Shown in pieces: positions 1 to 16,596 of a DNA stretch of 64,000 bases. The notes under the pieces are model-generated. The model ran no database searches. It had not been told where the DNA came from and saw only the letters and a program-made list of their open reading frames with translations. This DNA comes from Schmidtea polychroa (Eukaryota): NCBI GenBank assembly GCA_044892525.1, contig CM097885.1:42658001-42722000 (forward strand). The letters are read 5' to 3'. A program made the position numbers and the translations under genes. Each line of letters starts with the position of its first letter. Within the stretch, counting starts at the first letter, position 1.

Positions 1-3000
1 AGTGATCTAGCGGTGACCTACCTTTTGACTTCCCAGAACCTTTTGAGTTTTCAAAATTATTTAAATATTTATACATCATTTTGAAGGCCAGACGAAAATC
101 TATCTTTTAAGCCATAGAAATAATTTTTATCATCAGTGGTACAAAAGTTATTAATTTTTTAGTCAGACACTAATTTGGTTAAAATTATTATTATTTTTCA
201 AAAATATTATTAAGTGATCTAGCGGTGACCTACCTTTTGACTTCCCAGAACTTTTTCAATTTTCAAAATTATTTAAATATTTATACATCATTTTGAAGGC
301 CAGACGAAAATCTATCTTTTAAGCCATAGAAATAATTTTTATCATTAGTGGTACAAAAGTTATTAATTTTTTAGTCAGACACTAATTTGGTTAAAATTAT
401 TATTATTTTTCAAAATATTATTATTTTCAAGGTCATATTATTATTAAGTGATCTAGCGGTGACCTACCTTTTGACTTCCCAGAACCTTTTGAGTTTTCAA
501 AATTATTTAAATATTTATACATCATTTTGAAGGCCAGACGAAAATCTATCTTTTAAGCCATAGAAATAATTTTTATCATCAGTGGTACAAAAGTTATTAA
601 TTTTTTAGTCAGACACTAATTTGGTTAAAATTATTATTATTTTTCAAAAATATTATTAAGTGATCTAGCGGTGACCTACCTTTTGACTTCCCAGAACTTT
701 TTCAATTTTCAAAATTATTTAAATATTTATACATCATTTTGAAGGCCAGACGAAAATCTATCTTTTAAGCCATAGAAATAATTTTTATCATTAGTGGTAC
801 AAAAGTTATTAATTTTTTAGTCAGACACTAATTTGGTTAAAATTATTATTATTTTTCAAAATATTATTATTTTCAAGGTCATATTATTATTAAGTGATCT
901 AGCGGTGACCTACCTTTTGACTTCCCAGAACCTTTTGAGTTTTCAAAATTATTTAAATATTTATACATCATTTTGAAGGCCAGACGAAAATCTATCTTTT
1001 AAGCCATAGAAATAATTTTTATCATCAGTGGTACAAAAGTTATTAATTTTTTAGTCAGACACTAATTTGGTTAAAATTATTATTATTTTTCAAAAATATT
1101 ATTAAGTGATCTAGCGGTGACCTACCTTTTGACTTCCCAGAACTTTTTCAATTTTCAAAATTATTTAAATATTTATACATCATTTTGAAGGCCAGACGAA
1201 AATCTATCTTTTAAGCCATAGAAATAATTTTTATCATTAGTGGTACAAAAGTTATTAATTTTTTAGTCAGACACTAATTTGGTTAAAATTATTATTATTT
1301 TTCAAAATATTATTATTTTCAAGGTCATATTATTATTAAGTGATCTAGCGGTGACCTACCTTTTGACTTCCCAGAACCTTTTGAGTTTTCAAAATTATTT
1401 AAATATTTATACATCATTTTGAAGGCCAGACGAAAATCTATCTTTTAAGCCATAGAAATAATTTTTATCATTAGTGGTACAAAAGTTATTAATTTTTTAG
1501 TCAGACACTAATTTGGTTAAAATTATTATTATTTTTCAAAATATTATTATTTTCAAGGTCATATTATTATTAAGTGATCTAGCGGTGACCTACCTTTTGA
1601 CTTCCCAGAACCTTTTGAGTTTTCAAAATTATTTAAATATTTATACATCATTTTGAAGGCCAGACGAAAATCTATCTTTTAAGCCATAGAAATAATTTTT
1701 ATCATCAGTGGTACAAAAGTTATTAATTTTTTAGTCAGACACTAATTTGGTTAAAATTATTATTATTTTTCAAAAATATTATTAAGTGATCTAGCGGTGA
1801 CCTACCTTTTGACTTCCCAGAACTTTTTCAATTTTCAAAATTATTTAAATATTTATACATCATTTTTAAGGCCAGACGAAAATCTATCTTTTAAGCCATA
1901 GAAATAATTTTTATCATTAGTGGTACAAAAGTTATTAATTTTTTAGTCAGACACTAATTTGGTTAAAATTATTATTATTTTTCAAAATATTATTATTTTC
2001 AAGGTCATATTATTATTAAGTGATCTAGCGGTGACCTACCTTTTGACTTCCCAGAACCTTTTGAGTTTTCAAAATTATTTAAATATTTATACATCATTTT
2101 GAAGGCCAGACGAAAATCTATCTTTTAAGCCATAGAAATAATTTTTATCATTAGTGGTACAAAAGTTATTAATTTTTTAGTCAGACACTAATTTGGTTAA
2201 AATTATTATTATTTTTCAAAATATTATTATTTTCAAGGTCATATTATTATTAAGTGATCTAGCGGTGACCTACCTTTTGACTTCCCAGAACCTTTTGAGT
2301 TTTCAAAATTATTTAAATATTTATACATCATTTTGAAGGCCAGACGAAAATCTATCTTTTAAGCCATAGAAATAATTTTTATCATCAGTGGTACAAAAGT
2401 TATTAATTTTTTAGTCAGACACTAATTTGGTTAAAATTATTATTATTTTTCAAAAATATTATTAAGTGATCTAGCGGTGACCTACCTTTTGACTTCCCAG
2501 AACTTTTTCAATTTTCAAAATTATTTAAATATTTATACATCATTTTGAAGGCCAGACGAAAATCTATCTTTTAAGCCATAGAAATAATTTTTATCATCAG
2601 TGGTACAAAAGTTATTAATTTTTTAGTCAGACACTAATTTGGTTAAAATTATTATTATTTTTCAAAATATTATTATTTTCAAGGTCATATTATTATTAAG
2701 TGATCTAGCGGTGACCTACCTTTTGACTTCCCAGAACCTTTTGAGTTTTCAAAATTATTTAAATATTTATACATCATTTTGAAGGCCAGACGAAAATCTA
2801 TCTTTTAAGCCATAGAAATAATTTTTATCATCAGTGGTACAAAAGTTATTAATTTTTTAGTCAGACACTAATTTGGTTAAAATTATTATTATTTTTCAAA
2901 AATATTATTAAGTGATCTAGCGGTGACCTACCTTTTGACTTCCCAGAACTTTTTGAGTTTTCAAAATTATTTAAATATTTATACATCATTTTGAAGGCCA

Positions 3001-3075
3001 GACGAAAATCTATCTTTTAAGCCATAGAAATAATTTTTATCATCAGTGGTACAAAAGTTATTAATTTTTTAGTCA
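1..3075 (+). repeat. Satellite array with 212/234-bp units (14 units in window)
   Basis: AGTGATCTAGCGGTGACC unit starts at 1, 213, 447, 659, 893, 1105, 1339, 1573, 1785, 2019, 2253, 2465, 2699 and 2911. Confidence 0.97.
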
Positions 3076-3169
3076 GAGACTGATTTATGGTTAAAATTTT
3101 CAAAAATGTTCAAAATTTACTAAGTAATTTGCGGGTGATTTGTCAATCATCCAATCAGGTACGACTTTG

Positions 3170-3559
<390 letters not shown>

Positions 3560-3700
3560 GGGTAATGCTCGCAAGGGTACTGCCCGGAGTCTATCCGACA
3601 AAATATTTTGTCCCCCTATGGGTAATGCTCGCAAGGGTACTGGTCACGCTCAACAAGTCACAAGGGTATTATTAAACAAATCAACAAAACATACATTTAT

Positions 3701-3952
3701 TTAAACAATAAAATAATGTAAAATTAACAAAGGTAAACTAAATATTGATGTACTACTATTCGCAGCAATATTGTTTGAAATTGGTAACGTCGAATTGATT
3801 TTCAGATATTCTATTGATCCTTTGATTGTTTGAATTTCTCTTAATAATAATTCAATCTTTTTTAACAAATAATCATGCTTCTTATCAATAATTTTCATAT
3901 TCTTTTTATTTTCAACAATAGAGTTATTGAAAACTTCAATATGATCAATCAA
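3701..3952 (-). CDS. Small hypothetical, possibly coiled-coil protein (mirror copy at 15710..15961 +)
   Basis: 83-aa non-repetitive ORF with heptad-like leucines and a non-ATG start; no family recognised. Confidence 0.25.
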   Translation of the reverse strand: MIDHIEVFNNSIVENKKNMKIIDKKHDYLLKKIELLLREIQTIKGSIEYLKINSTLPISNNIAANSSTSIFSLPLLILHYFIV

Positions 3953-4192
3953 TTTAATTTTTATATTTTGTATATATGCAAATGATAGTTCATAACTGTT
4001 CTATTGGTCACTATAACACAATAATTTCATTTTGTTTAAATCGTTGATTATATTATTTTTTTTTGTTTTAATTATCGATTATGTTTGTTTAAATTATCGA
4101 TTATGTAATTATTCAATTTATCATTATTATTGAGAAAGAACGCCCGCGCGGAAGATTAAAATTATTATTATTATTTTCAAAGTTTTAATCAA

Positions 4193-4249
<57 letters not shown>

Positions 4250-4539
4250 AATTTAAAAGTTATTTTGAAAATTCTTCTTATTATTATTATAATTATAATT
4301 TGCAAATATTCATAAAACCTAATTTCTACGTCCATTTCATGCTTTTCAGCATTTTTATCATTTGTATTAATATTTTAATAATTTTCAATATTTTCATAAT
4401 TTCCAACATTTTCATGATTTTCATAATTATTAATATTTTCATGGATTTTTAACATTTTCATAATTTTCTACATTTTCAATATTTTCATTATTATTTCAGG
4501 AACATTTTCATTAGTTACATGAACATTTTCATCAAATAT

Positions 4540-5990
<1,451 letters not shown>

Positions 5991-6232
5991 CTCCTAGTCT
6001 ATCCGACAAAATATTTTGTCCCCCTATGGGTACTGTTCACACTCAACAGGTTGCAAGGGTACTAGTCATGTTTATTATTATTGTTATACAATATGATGTT
6101 ACTTAGACATTTGAAGGTTCAACCATGGTTACAATTTCTACATTTTGAAAACTCTAATTTGATTGGCTATCTCAATCGTTATAAATGTAAAAACAAAAGT
6201 AATTTAGTTATTAAGAAATTTATTTATTACTG

Positions 6233-6886
6233 ATGATTTCAACAAGTAACACTGTTGAATATGAATGTATAAATCACAAAACACATTTGGTAACTTTATT
6301 ATTTTGTCAATATTTTTATATATGTCATTTATAGCAAGGAAATCCTACTAGAAATAAGGAAATATTAAGTCCAACCTATTCCGAAGATAAGCGTTCATTG
6401 AAATTTTTCAACACAGTTGAAGATTTTATAAATAATCATGATACTTACACTGATAAGGAAATCATAAATATTTTAAAAATTTTTAAACATTCCTCTATTC
6501 AATATTTGATTGATTTATTTAATTATGATAAATGCATTTTAAAGTTATCTAGTTATTTAATGTATTTAGAAAAAACAGTGGTAAACAACGATTCACTGAA
6601 TGAATGCTTTTGGAGTTGCATGTATTTAAGGTTGAAACCGGGATATAGTAGATTGATTTATGAATGGATAGCAAAAGCCGATTTGATTGAAAATAAGCTA
6701 ACGGAAAAACTGAACGATGTTAAGAAAAGGTATTTAACTTGTTCAATTTGTAAAGAAAATCAAGTTTCGGTTTTGTATTTACCGTGTGGTCACGTAATTG
6801 TTTGTTCTAAGTGTCACGAGAAGAATGTTCACAATTGTCAAGCCTGTTCAACACTGATTAATGAATATCATACTATATACATGTAA
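6233..6886 (+). CDS. RING-finger (C3HC4, IAP/MDM2/Neuralized-type) putative E3 ligase, about 202 aa, 2 exons (6233-6289, 6335-6886)
   Basis: C-terminal CSIC-x11-CGH-x3-CSKC-x7-CQAC. ATG at 6233 joins the ORF in frame through a phase-0, 45-nt GT..AG intron (6290-6334). Confidence 0.75.
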
Positions 6887-7920
6887 GTTCTCAATACAAA
6901 TCAATACAATATCAAAGTCAAATGAATTATTACCATCCATAATGACGGTACTATAATGTAGAAAATTTTCAAACATTGAATAATATGAAATCATCTTGGT
7001 AATTAAATATATTGGGTGCAACTACCAAATGGTGATGATATGATGAACGGATACCCATGAGTTCATCAAAATGGGAAAAAAGATCTTCTCAAGAACCATC
7101 AAAATGCTCGAAAAGAAGAAGAAACCCTAACCAATATTTTAAAGTTGCCATTATATGTTGCAGTAGTATTGGTTATTACTGTTTCGTAAATAAATGTTTT
7201 AATTTGTTTTTATAAATTTATTGTTTTATTCTAATACTTTTTGATTAAAACATATTCATTTTGTTTTAATATTTGTATTAATTTTTGAAATAGTGATATT
7301 TAAATATATGGAAATTTACAATTATATATACAATTATATTTACAATTATTATAAATCATAATGACTAAATGATGCTTTTCTCTGTCCATTCATTCTCCTC
7401 TGATATTACTGCCATAATCATCTTCTAATGTCTTTGTTAATCATGACCATTTATTGCAAAGTCTTTGTTAATTATGCACTTGTATTGCAAATTTATTAGT
7501 CATACAATCATATTATTTTTCATGCCCTGTCATAATATTATTATTTTTAATTTTATTATTATGATTATTTAACAATACCGTATAGCAAATCTTTAGGCAA
7601 TTTAGTGAAAGGTTATTTTAAATATATAGCAATTTCTTAAGTAAAATATTTCCAGATAAATTTACCAATTTAGTTAGAAATCCATGTTTTTGGTTGTAAC
7701 ATTTAATTAAAATATCCTTGTATTCATAACAATTTTTATATAGTTGATACATATACCAATTATTTAACTTGAAACATAACAGAATTCGTAGGTAATATAG
7801 AATTTTTGTGTATTTTTTTAGTTAATTTATAAATATTATCTGACATTTTGATGAATCAATGCAATATACAACAAATTAATCAATAAAAACCATAGCATAT
7901 TGTAAGTTTTTATATATATA

Positions 7921-9896
7921 GTCTGAATTTATCCGACAAAATATTCTGTTCCCCTATGTGTATTTGTCGTAAGGGTACTGGTCATATTCAATATGTCGCA
8001 AGGGTATATTAATTAAGGCATATGTATATTAGTTAAACATTCTTAGGTAATTTAGTGAGAAATGCATAATCATTAATAACAACATATATTCATTGATAAT
8101 TTTGGTAGAAAGTCTTTATCATTTGGAGTAAATTTCTGTCTTTGTTCGAGTCAAAAAAAAAGGAGTCATAATAGAAACATGATCATTTGGTTATCATCTA
8201 ACCAATTAAGGTGCTTATTAGTTAGAAATATAGGGTTACAATTCTTTTCTAATTTAATGAGATGATCATTGGGTGTAATATATCTTTGTGAGAAATATAT
8301 GGTTAACATTTTTAAATAGGGATTTTTGAGTAACCAAAACAAGGATATTTTGTGTGAATAATTTAAGAATATTGGTTAATTTTCTCTTTTTTAGTCATTT
8401 AAAATAATATTTAACAAAGGTAATTTAGCAAAATATCATTGAAAGATTTATCCATCCGATAACAATATTCCTTCAATAGATTTTACCCTTTATTCAACCG
8501 ATTTAATTTCTAGAAATCTAATTAAAATCATAAAATTCCTTCAATAAAGATCAATTTTCTTTAGCTGTTGTCGATTTCCAACTTTTAAGACAATATTTCT
8601 CAAGTTTTGTCACAGATATCCCCACAATGAATAAAATAACTTCTTAAATAAAATAATTTAAAGCAATAACCTTTGATATCAATCCCAATTAATTCTAAAG
8701 ATTTCAAATATTTCATTGTCAAAACCAAGTAAATTGATCATTAACCCTAAACGACTTAATAAAACAGTGGATAATTAATAAAAACTGGTTCTAAAACATA
8801 AATCTAAATTACTGTGCCATAACATTCATCACAACCTAATAAACCTCTAAAACGATATAAATTCACAGGAACTATTATTAATTCATAGCTAAATACTGAA
8901 TATGTCCCTTTGATATTTTACCAATAAGAACATTATCGATTTAAATAGAGATTTCAAACATTTCCGCCTTAACCGATCCCTCACTAAATATTTCTACCCC
9001 TTTAAATGCCACCTTTAAAAATCATATATTACCATCTTAACTGAACCTTCACTAAATCCAACCTACTTTAATATATCAATTCTCTTAAAATCCATAGAAA
9101 ATTCTTCAAAATATGAATTTTATTTAATTGTTACAGACATCCTTCCATTGAAATAATTTAGTATCTAAATTCATGTAGTAAGAGCCCACTAAAAGATCAA
9201 AATTCACTAAAATCAATATTTTCTACAAATATTTCACCACATTTACCATCAAATACCTAACTAGAGATGAAATATATTGATCATAATTCTTCATCGATTC
9301 AGCCAATTATATCAATTATATCTTTCAAAATCACAAATTTCAGTATATTTTACAATAATTTTCAAGTAGATTTCAAATATATCATCATGATAAAATTAGC
9401 TGGTTTCAACTTTAGATTTTCAATATTTAAAAGTTCATCAATATTCGTAGAAAATATATGAAAGAATTATTTTGTCAATATCATTACAAAGTCATCATAA
9501 AAATTAAATAATAATCACTTGATTATTGTAAAAACTCTAATTATTAACCTAACTGTCATTAAAAATAATTTTTATTTAAAATTAAATTTAAAAACAAGTC
9601 AATAAAATATAGCAAATTATCAAGAAATTAATTAAATTTGACTTAGAATTAACACTAAAACCTTAAATTTTAAAATATTCTTTCAATTACTCACAAAAGG
9701 GTTAGTAATAATGTTAGTAAAATCCCGCTAACTCTAAAAAATTACCAATGAATTTAATGCTAATTAATAACCTAAAATTTGCCTAAATAAAATCATTAAA
9801 ACATCCCAGTACCTTTACGACCAGTACCCTTACGAGCAGTACCAATTGTGAACAGTACCCATAGAGGGAGAAAATATCTTGTCGGATAAACTCGGA
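7921..9896. mobile_element. Nested non-autonomous TIR element of the CTCTGAGTTTATCCGAC family; truncated mirror copy at 10021..11753
   Basis: Inward-facing ~90-bp end motifs at 7921 (after TATATATATA) and at 9806-9896. The interior is homologous to about 29450-31200 in element B. Confidence 0.7.
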
Positions 9897-12787
9897 TATT
9901 GTTAATTTTATCTCTGTTTTATTAAAATTATCGTTCGACTTTACGCTTCTTACCATTTTGGAATAAGATTTTTTATCAAAATTTGTGTTAATTTGACTGA
10001 TTCAATTTGATGGAGTTATTGTTAATTCTAAGTCAAATTTAATTAATTTCTTGATAATTTGCTATATTTTATTGACTTGTTTTTAAATTTAATTTTAAAT
10101 AAAAATTATTTTTAATGACAGTTAGGTTAATAATTAGAGTTTTTACAATAATCAAGTGATTATTATTTAATTTTTATGATGACTTTGTAATGATATTGAC
10201 AAAATAATTCTTTCATATATTTTCTACGAATATTGATGAACTTTTAAATATTGAAAATCTAAAGTTGAAACCAGCTAATTTTATCATGATGATATATTTG
10301 AAATCTACTTGAAAATTATTGTAAAATATACTGAAATTTGTGATTTTGAAAGATATAATTGATATAATTGGCTGAATCGATGAAGAATTATGATCAATAT
10401 ATTTCATCTCTAGTTAGGTATTTGATGGTAAATGTGGTGAAATATTTGTAGAAAATATTGATTTTAGTGAATTTTGATCTTTTAGTGGGCTCTTACTACA
10501 TGAATTTAGATACTAAATTATTTCAATGGAAGGATGTCTGTAACAATTAAATAAAATTCATATTTTGAAGAATTTTCTATGGATTTTAAGAGAATTGATA
10601 TATTAAAGTAGGTTGGATTTAGTGAAGGTTCAGTTAAGATGGTAATATATGATTTTTAAAGGTGGCATTTAAAGGGGTAGAAATATTTAGTGAGGGATCG
10701 GTTAAGGCGGAAATGTTTGAAATCTCTATTTAAATCGATAATGTTCTTATTGGTAAAATATCAAAGGGACATATTCAGTATTTAGCTATGAATTAATAAT
10801 AGTTCCTGTGAATTTATATCGTTTTAGAGGTTTATTAGGTTGTGATGAATGTTATGGCACAGTAATTTAGATTTATGTTTTAGAACCAGTTTTTATTAAT
10901 TATCCACTGTTTTATTAAGTCGTTTAGGGTTAATGATCAATTTACTTGGTTTTGACAATGAAATATTTGAAATCTTTAGAATTAATTGGGATTGATATCA
11001 AAGGTTATTGCTTTAAATTATTTTATTTAAGAAGTTATTTTATTCATTGTGGGGATATCTGTGACAAAACTTGAGAAATATTGTCTTAAAAGTTGGAAAT
11101 CGACAACAGCTAAAGAAAATTGATCTTTATTGAAGGAATTTTATGATTTTAATTAGATTTCTAGAAATTAAATCGGTTGAATAAAGGGTAAAATCTATTG
11201 AAGGAATATTGTTATCGGATGGATAAATCTTTCAATGATATTTTGCTAAATTACCTTTGTTAAATATTATTTTAAATGACTAAAAAAGAGAAAATTAACC
11301 AATATTCTTAAATTATTCACACAAAATATCCTTGTTTTGGTTACTCAAAAATCCCTATTTAAAAATGTTAACCATATATTTCTCACAAAGATATATTACA
11401 CCCAATGATCATCTCATTAAATTAGAAAAGAATTGTAACCCTATATTTCTAACTAATAAGCACCTTAATTGGTTAGATGATAACCAAATGATCATGTTTC
11501 TATTATGACTCCTTTTTTTTTGACTCGAACAAAGACAGAAATTTACTCCAAATGATAAAGACTTTCTACCAAAATTATCAATGAATATATGTTGTTATTA
11601 ATGATTATGCATTTCTCACTAAATTACCTAAGAATGTTTAACTAATATACATATGCCTTAATTAATATACCCTTGCGACATATTGAATATGACCAGTACC
11701 CTTACGACAAATACACATAGGGGAACAGAATATTTTGTCGGATAAATTCAGACTATATATATAAAAACTTACAATATGCTATGGTTTTTATTGATTAATT
11801 TGTTGTATATTGCATTGATTCATCAAAATGTCAGATAATATTTATAAATTAACTAAAAAAATACACAAAAATTCTATATTACCTACGAATTCTGTTATGT
11901 TTCAAGTTAAATAATTGGTATATGTATCAACTATATAAAAATTGTTATGAATACAAGGATATTTTAATTAAATGTTACAACCAAAAACATGGATTTCTAA
12001 CTAAATTGGTAAATTTATCTGGAAATATTTTACTTAAGAAATTGCTATATATTTAAAATAACCTTTCACTAAATTGCCTAAAGATTTGCTATACGGTATT
12101 GTTAAATAATCATAATAATAAAATTAAAAATAATAATATTATGACAGGGCATGAAAAATAATATGATTGTATGACTAATAAATTTGCAATACAAGTGCAT
12201 AATTAACAAAGACTTTGCAATAAATGGTCATGATTAACAAAGACATTAGAAGATGATTATGGCAGTAATATCAGAGGAGAATGAATGGACAGAGAAAAGC
12301 ATCATTTAGTCATTATGATTTATAATAATTGTAAATATAATTGTATATATAATTGTAAATTTCCATATATTTAAATATCACTATTTCAAAAATTAATACA
12401 AATATTAAAACAAAATGAATATGTTTTAATCAAAAAGTATTAGAATAAAACAATAAATTTATAAAAACAAATTAAAACATTTATTTACGAAACAGTAATA
12501 ACCAATACTACTGCAACATATAATGGCAACTTTAAAATATTGGTTAGGGTTTCTTCTTCTTTTCGAGCATTTTGATGGTTCTTGAGAAGATCTTTTTTCC
12601 CATTTTGATGAACTCATGGGTATCCGTTCATCATATCATCACCATTTGGTAGTTGCACCCAATATATTTAATTACCAAGATGATTTCATATTATTCAATG
12701 TTTGAAAATTTTCTACATTATAGTACCGTCATTATGGATGGTAATAATTCATTTGACTTTGATATTGTATTGATTTGTATTGAGAAC

Positions 12788-13441
12788 TTACATGTATATA
12801 GTATGATATTCATTAATCAGTGTTGAACAGGCTTGACAATTGTGAACATTCTTCTCGTGACACTTAGAACAAACAATTACGTGACCACACGGTAAATACA
12901 AAACCGAAACTTGATTTTCTTTACAAATTGAACAAGTTAAATACCTTTTCTTAACATCGTTCAGTTTTTCCGTTAGCTTATTTTCAATCAAATCGGCTTT
13001 TGCTATCCATTCATAAATCAATCTACTATATCCCGGTTTCAACCTTAAATACATGCAACTCCAAAAGCATTCATTCAGTGAATCGTTGTTTACCACTGTT
13101 TTTTCTAAATACATTAAATAACTAGATAACTTTAAAATGCATTTATCATAATTAAATAAATCAATCAAATATTGAATAGAGGAATGTTTAAAAATTTTTA
13201 AAATATTTATGATTTCCTTATCAGTGTAAGTATCATGATTATTTATAAAATCTTCAACTGTGTTGAAAAATTTCAATGAACGCTTATCTTCGGAATAGGT
13301 TGGACTTAATATTTCCTTATTTCTAGTAGGATTTCCTTGCTATAAATGACATATATAAAAATATTGACAAAATAATAAAGTTACCAAATGTGTTTTGTGA
13401 TTTATACATTCATATTCAACAGTGTTACTTGTTGAAATCAT
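12788..13441 (-). CDS. Mirror copy of the RING-finger gene
   Basis: Identical translation to 6398..6886; reverse complement of 6233..6886. Confidence 0.75.
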
Positions 13442-13683
13442 CAGTAATAAATAAATTTCTTAATAACTAAATTACTTTTGTTTTTACATTTATAACGATT
13501 GAGATAGCCAATCAAATTAGAGTTTTCAAAATGTAGAAATTGTAACCATGGTTGAACCTTCAAATGTCTAAGTAACATCATATTGTATAACAATAATAAT
13601 AAACATGACTAGTACCCTTGCAACCTGTTGAGTGTGAACAGTACCCATAGGGGGACAAAATATTTTGTCGGATAGACTAGGAG

Positions 13684-13770
<87 letters not shown>

Positions 13771-14054
13771 GTAATAATAATAATAATAATATTGATAAAA
13801 ACTTTGAAAATAATTTGAAAATAGTTTTTTGAAAATAATACTTTGAAAAATATTCGATGAAAAGTTCCTGAAATAATCATGAAAATGTTGAAAATCGTGA
13901 AAATATTGAAAATGTAGAAAATTATTAAAATAATCATGCAAATGATGAAAATGTTGAAAATCATGTAATTGACGTAGAAATTAAGTTTATAAATATTTAA
14001 GTAAATAATAATAATGAAACTTCTAAATTAAAATAATAATTAGACCTTTGCAAA

Positions 14055-14085
<31 letters not shown>

Positions 14086-14305
14086 TCTTTGAAAATAATT
14101 CTTTGAAAATAATACTTTGAAAAATATTTGATGAAAAAGTTCCTGAAATAATCATGAAAATGCTGAAAATCGTGAAAATATTGAAAATGTAGAAAATTAT
14201 GATAATAATGAAAATTATTCAAATATTCATGTAAATGATCAAAATGTTGAAAATCATGAAATTGACGCAGAAATTAAGTTTTATGAATATTTGCAATCAT
14301 AATAG

Positions 14306-14388
<83 letters not shown>

Positions 14389-14672
14389 GTAATAATAATA
14401 ATAATAATATTGATAAAAACTTTGAAAATAATTTGAAAATAGTTTTTTGAAAATAATACTTTGAAAAATATTCGATGAAAAGTTCCTGAAATAATCATGA
14501 AAATGTTGAAAATCGTGAAAATATTGAAAATGTAGAAAATTATTAAAATAATCATACAAATGATGAAAATGTTGAAAATCATATAATTGACGTAGAAATT
14601 AAGTTTATAAATATTTAAGTAAATAATAATAATGAAACTTCTAAATTAAAATAATAATTAGACCTTTGCAAA

Positions 14673-14703
<31 letters not shown>

Positions 14704-14923
14704 TCTTTGAAAATAATTCTTTGAAAATAATACTTTGAAAAATATTTGATGAAAAAGTTCTTGAAATAATCATGAAAATGCTGAAAATCGTGAAAATATT
14801 GAAAATGTAGAAAATTATGATAATAATGAAAATTATTCAAATATTCATGTAAATGATCAAAATGTTGAAAATCATGAAATTGACGCAGAAATTAAGTTTT
14901 ATGAATATTTGCAATCATAATAG

Positions 14924-15060
<137 letters not shown>

Positions 15061-15412
15061 GTAATAATAAGAACTTTGAAAAACTGTTTGAAAATAAGCT
15101 AACGGAAATATTACTTTGAAAAATATTTGATGAAAATGTTCATGTAACTAATGAAAATGTTCCTGAAATAATAATGAAAATATTGAAAATGTAGAAAATT
15201 ATGAAAATGTTAAAAATCCATGAAAATATTAATAATTATGAAAATCATGAAAATGTTGGAAATTATGAAAATATTGAAAATTATTAAAATATTAATACAA
15301 ATGATAAAAATGCTGAAAAGCATGAAATGGACGTAGAAATTAGGTTTTATGAATATTTGCAAATTATAATTATAATAATAATAAGAAGAATTTTCAAAAT
15401 AACTTTTAAATT

Positions 15413-15469
<57 letters not shown>

Positions 15470-16102
15470 TTGATTAAAACTTTGAAAATAATAATAATAA
15501 TTTTAATCTTCCGCGCGGGCGTTCTTTCTCAATAATAATGATAAATTGAATAATTACATAATCGATAATTTAAACAAACATAATCGATAATTAAAACAAA
15601 AAAAAATAATATAATCAACGATTTAAACAAAATGAAATTATTGTGTTATAGTGACCAATAGAACAGTTATGAACTATCATTTGCATATATACAAAATATA
15701 AAAATTAAATTGATTGATCATATTGAAGTTTTCAATAACTCTATTGTTGAAAATAAAAAGAATATGAAAATTATTGATAAGAAGCATGATTATTTGTTAA
15801 AAAAGATTGAATTATTATTAAGAGAAATTCAAACAATCAAAGGATCAATAGAATATCTGAAAATCAATTCGACGTTACCAATTTCAAACAATATTGCTGC
15901 GAATAGTAGTACATCAATATTTAGTTTACCTTTGTTAATTTTACATTATTTTATTGTTTAAATAAATGTATGTTTTGTTGATTTGTTTAATAATACCCTT
16001 GTGACTTGTTGAGCGTGACCAGTACCCTTGCGAGCATTACCCATAGGGGGACAAAATATTTTGTCGGATAGACTCCGGGCAGTACCCTTGCGAGCATTAC
16101 CC

Positions 16103-16242
<140 letters not shown>

Positions 16243-16249
16243 TAATAAT

Positions 16250-16501
<252 letters not shown>

Positions 16502-16596
16502 CAAAGTCGTACCTGATTGGATGATTGACAAATCACCCGCAAATTACTTAGTAAATTTTGAACATTTTTGAAAATTTTAACCATAAATCAGTCTCT

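Noticed and set aside
1..3075. CRISPR-like regular repeats
   Set aside because: The whole unit is repeated with no unique spacers, there are no cas genes, and the context is eukaryotic.
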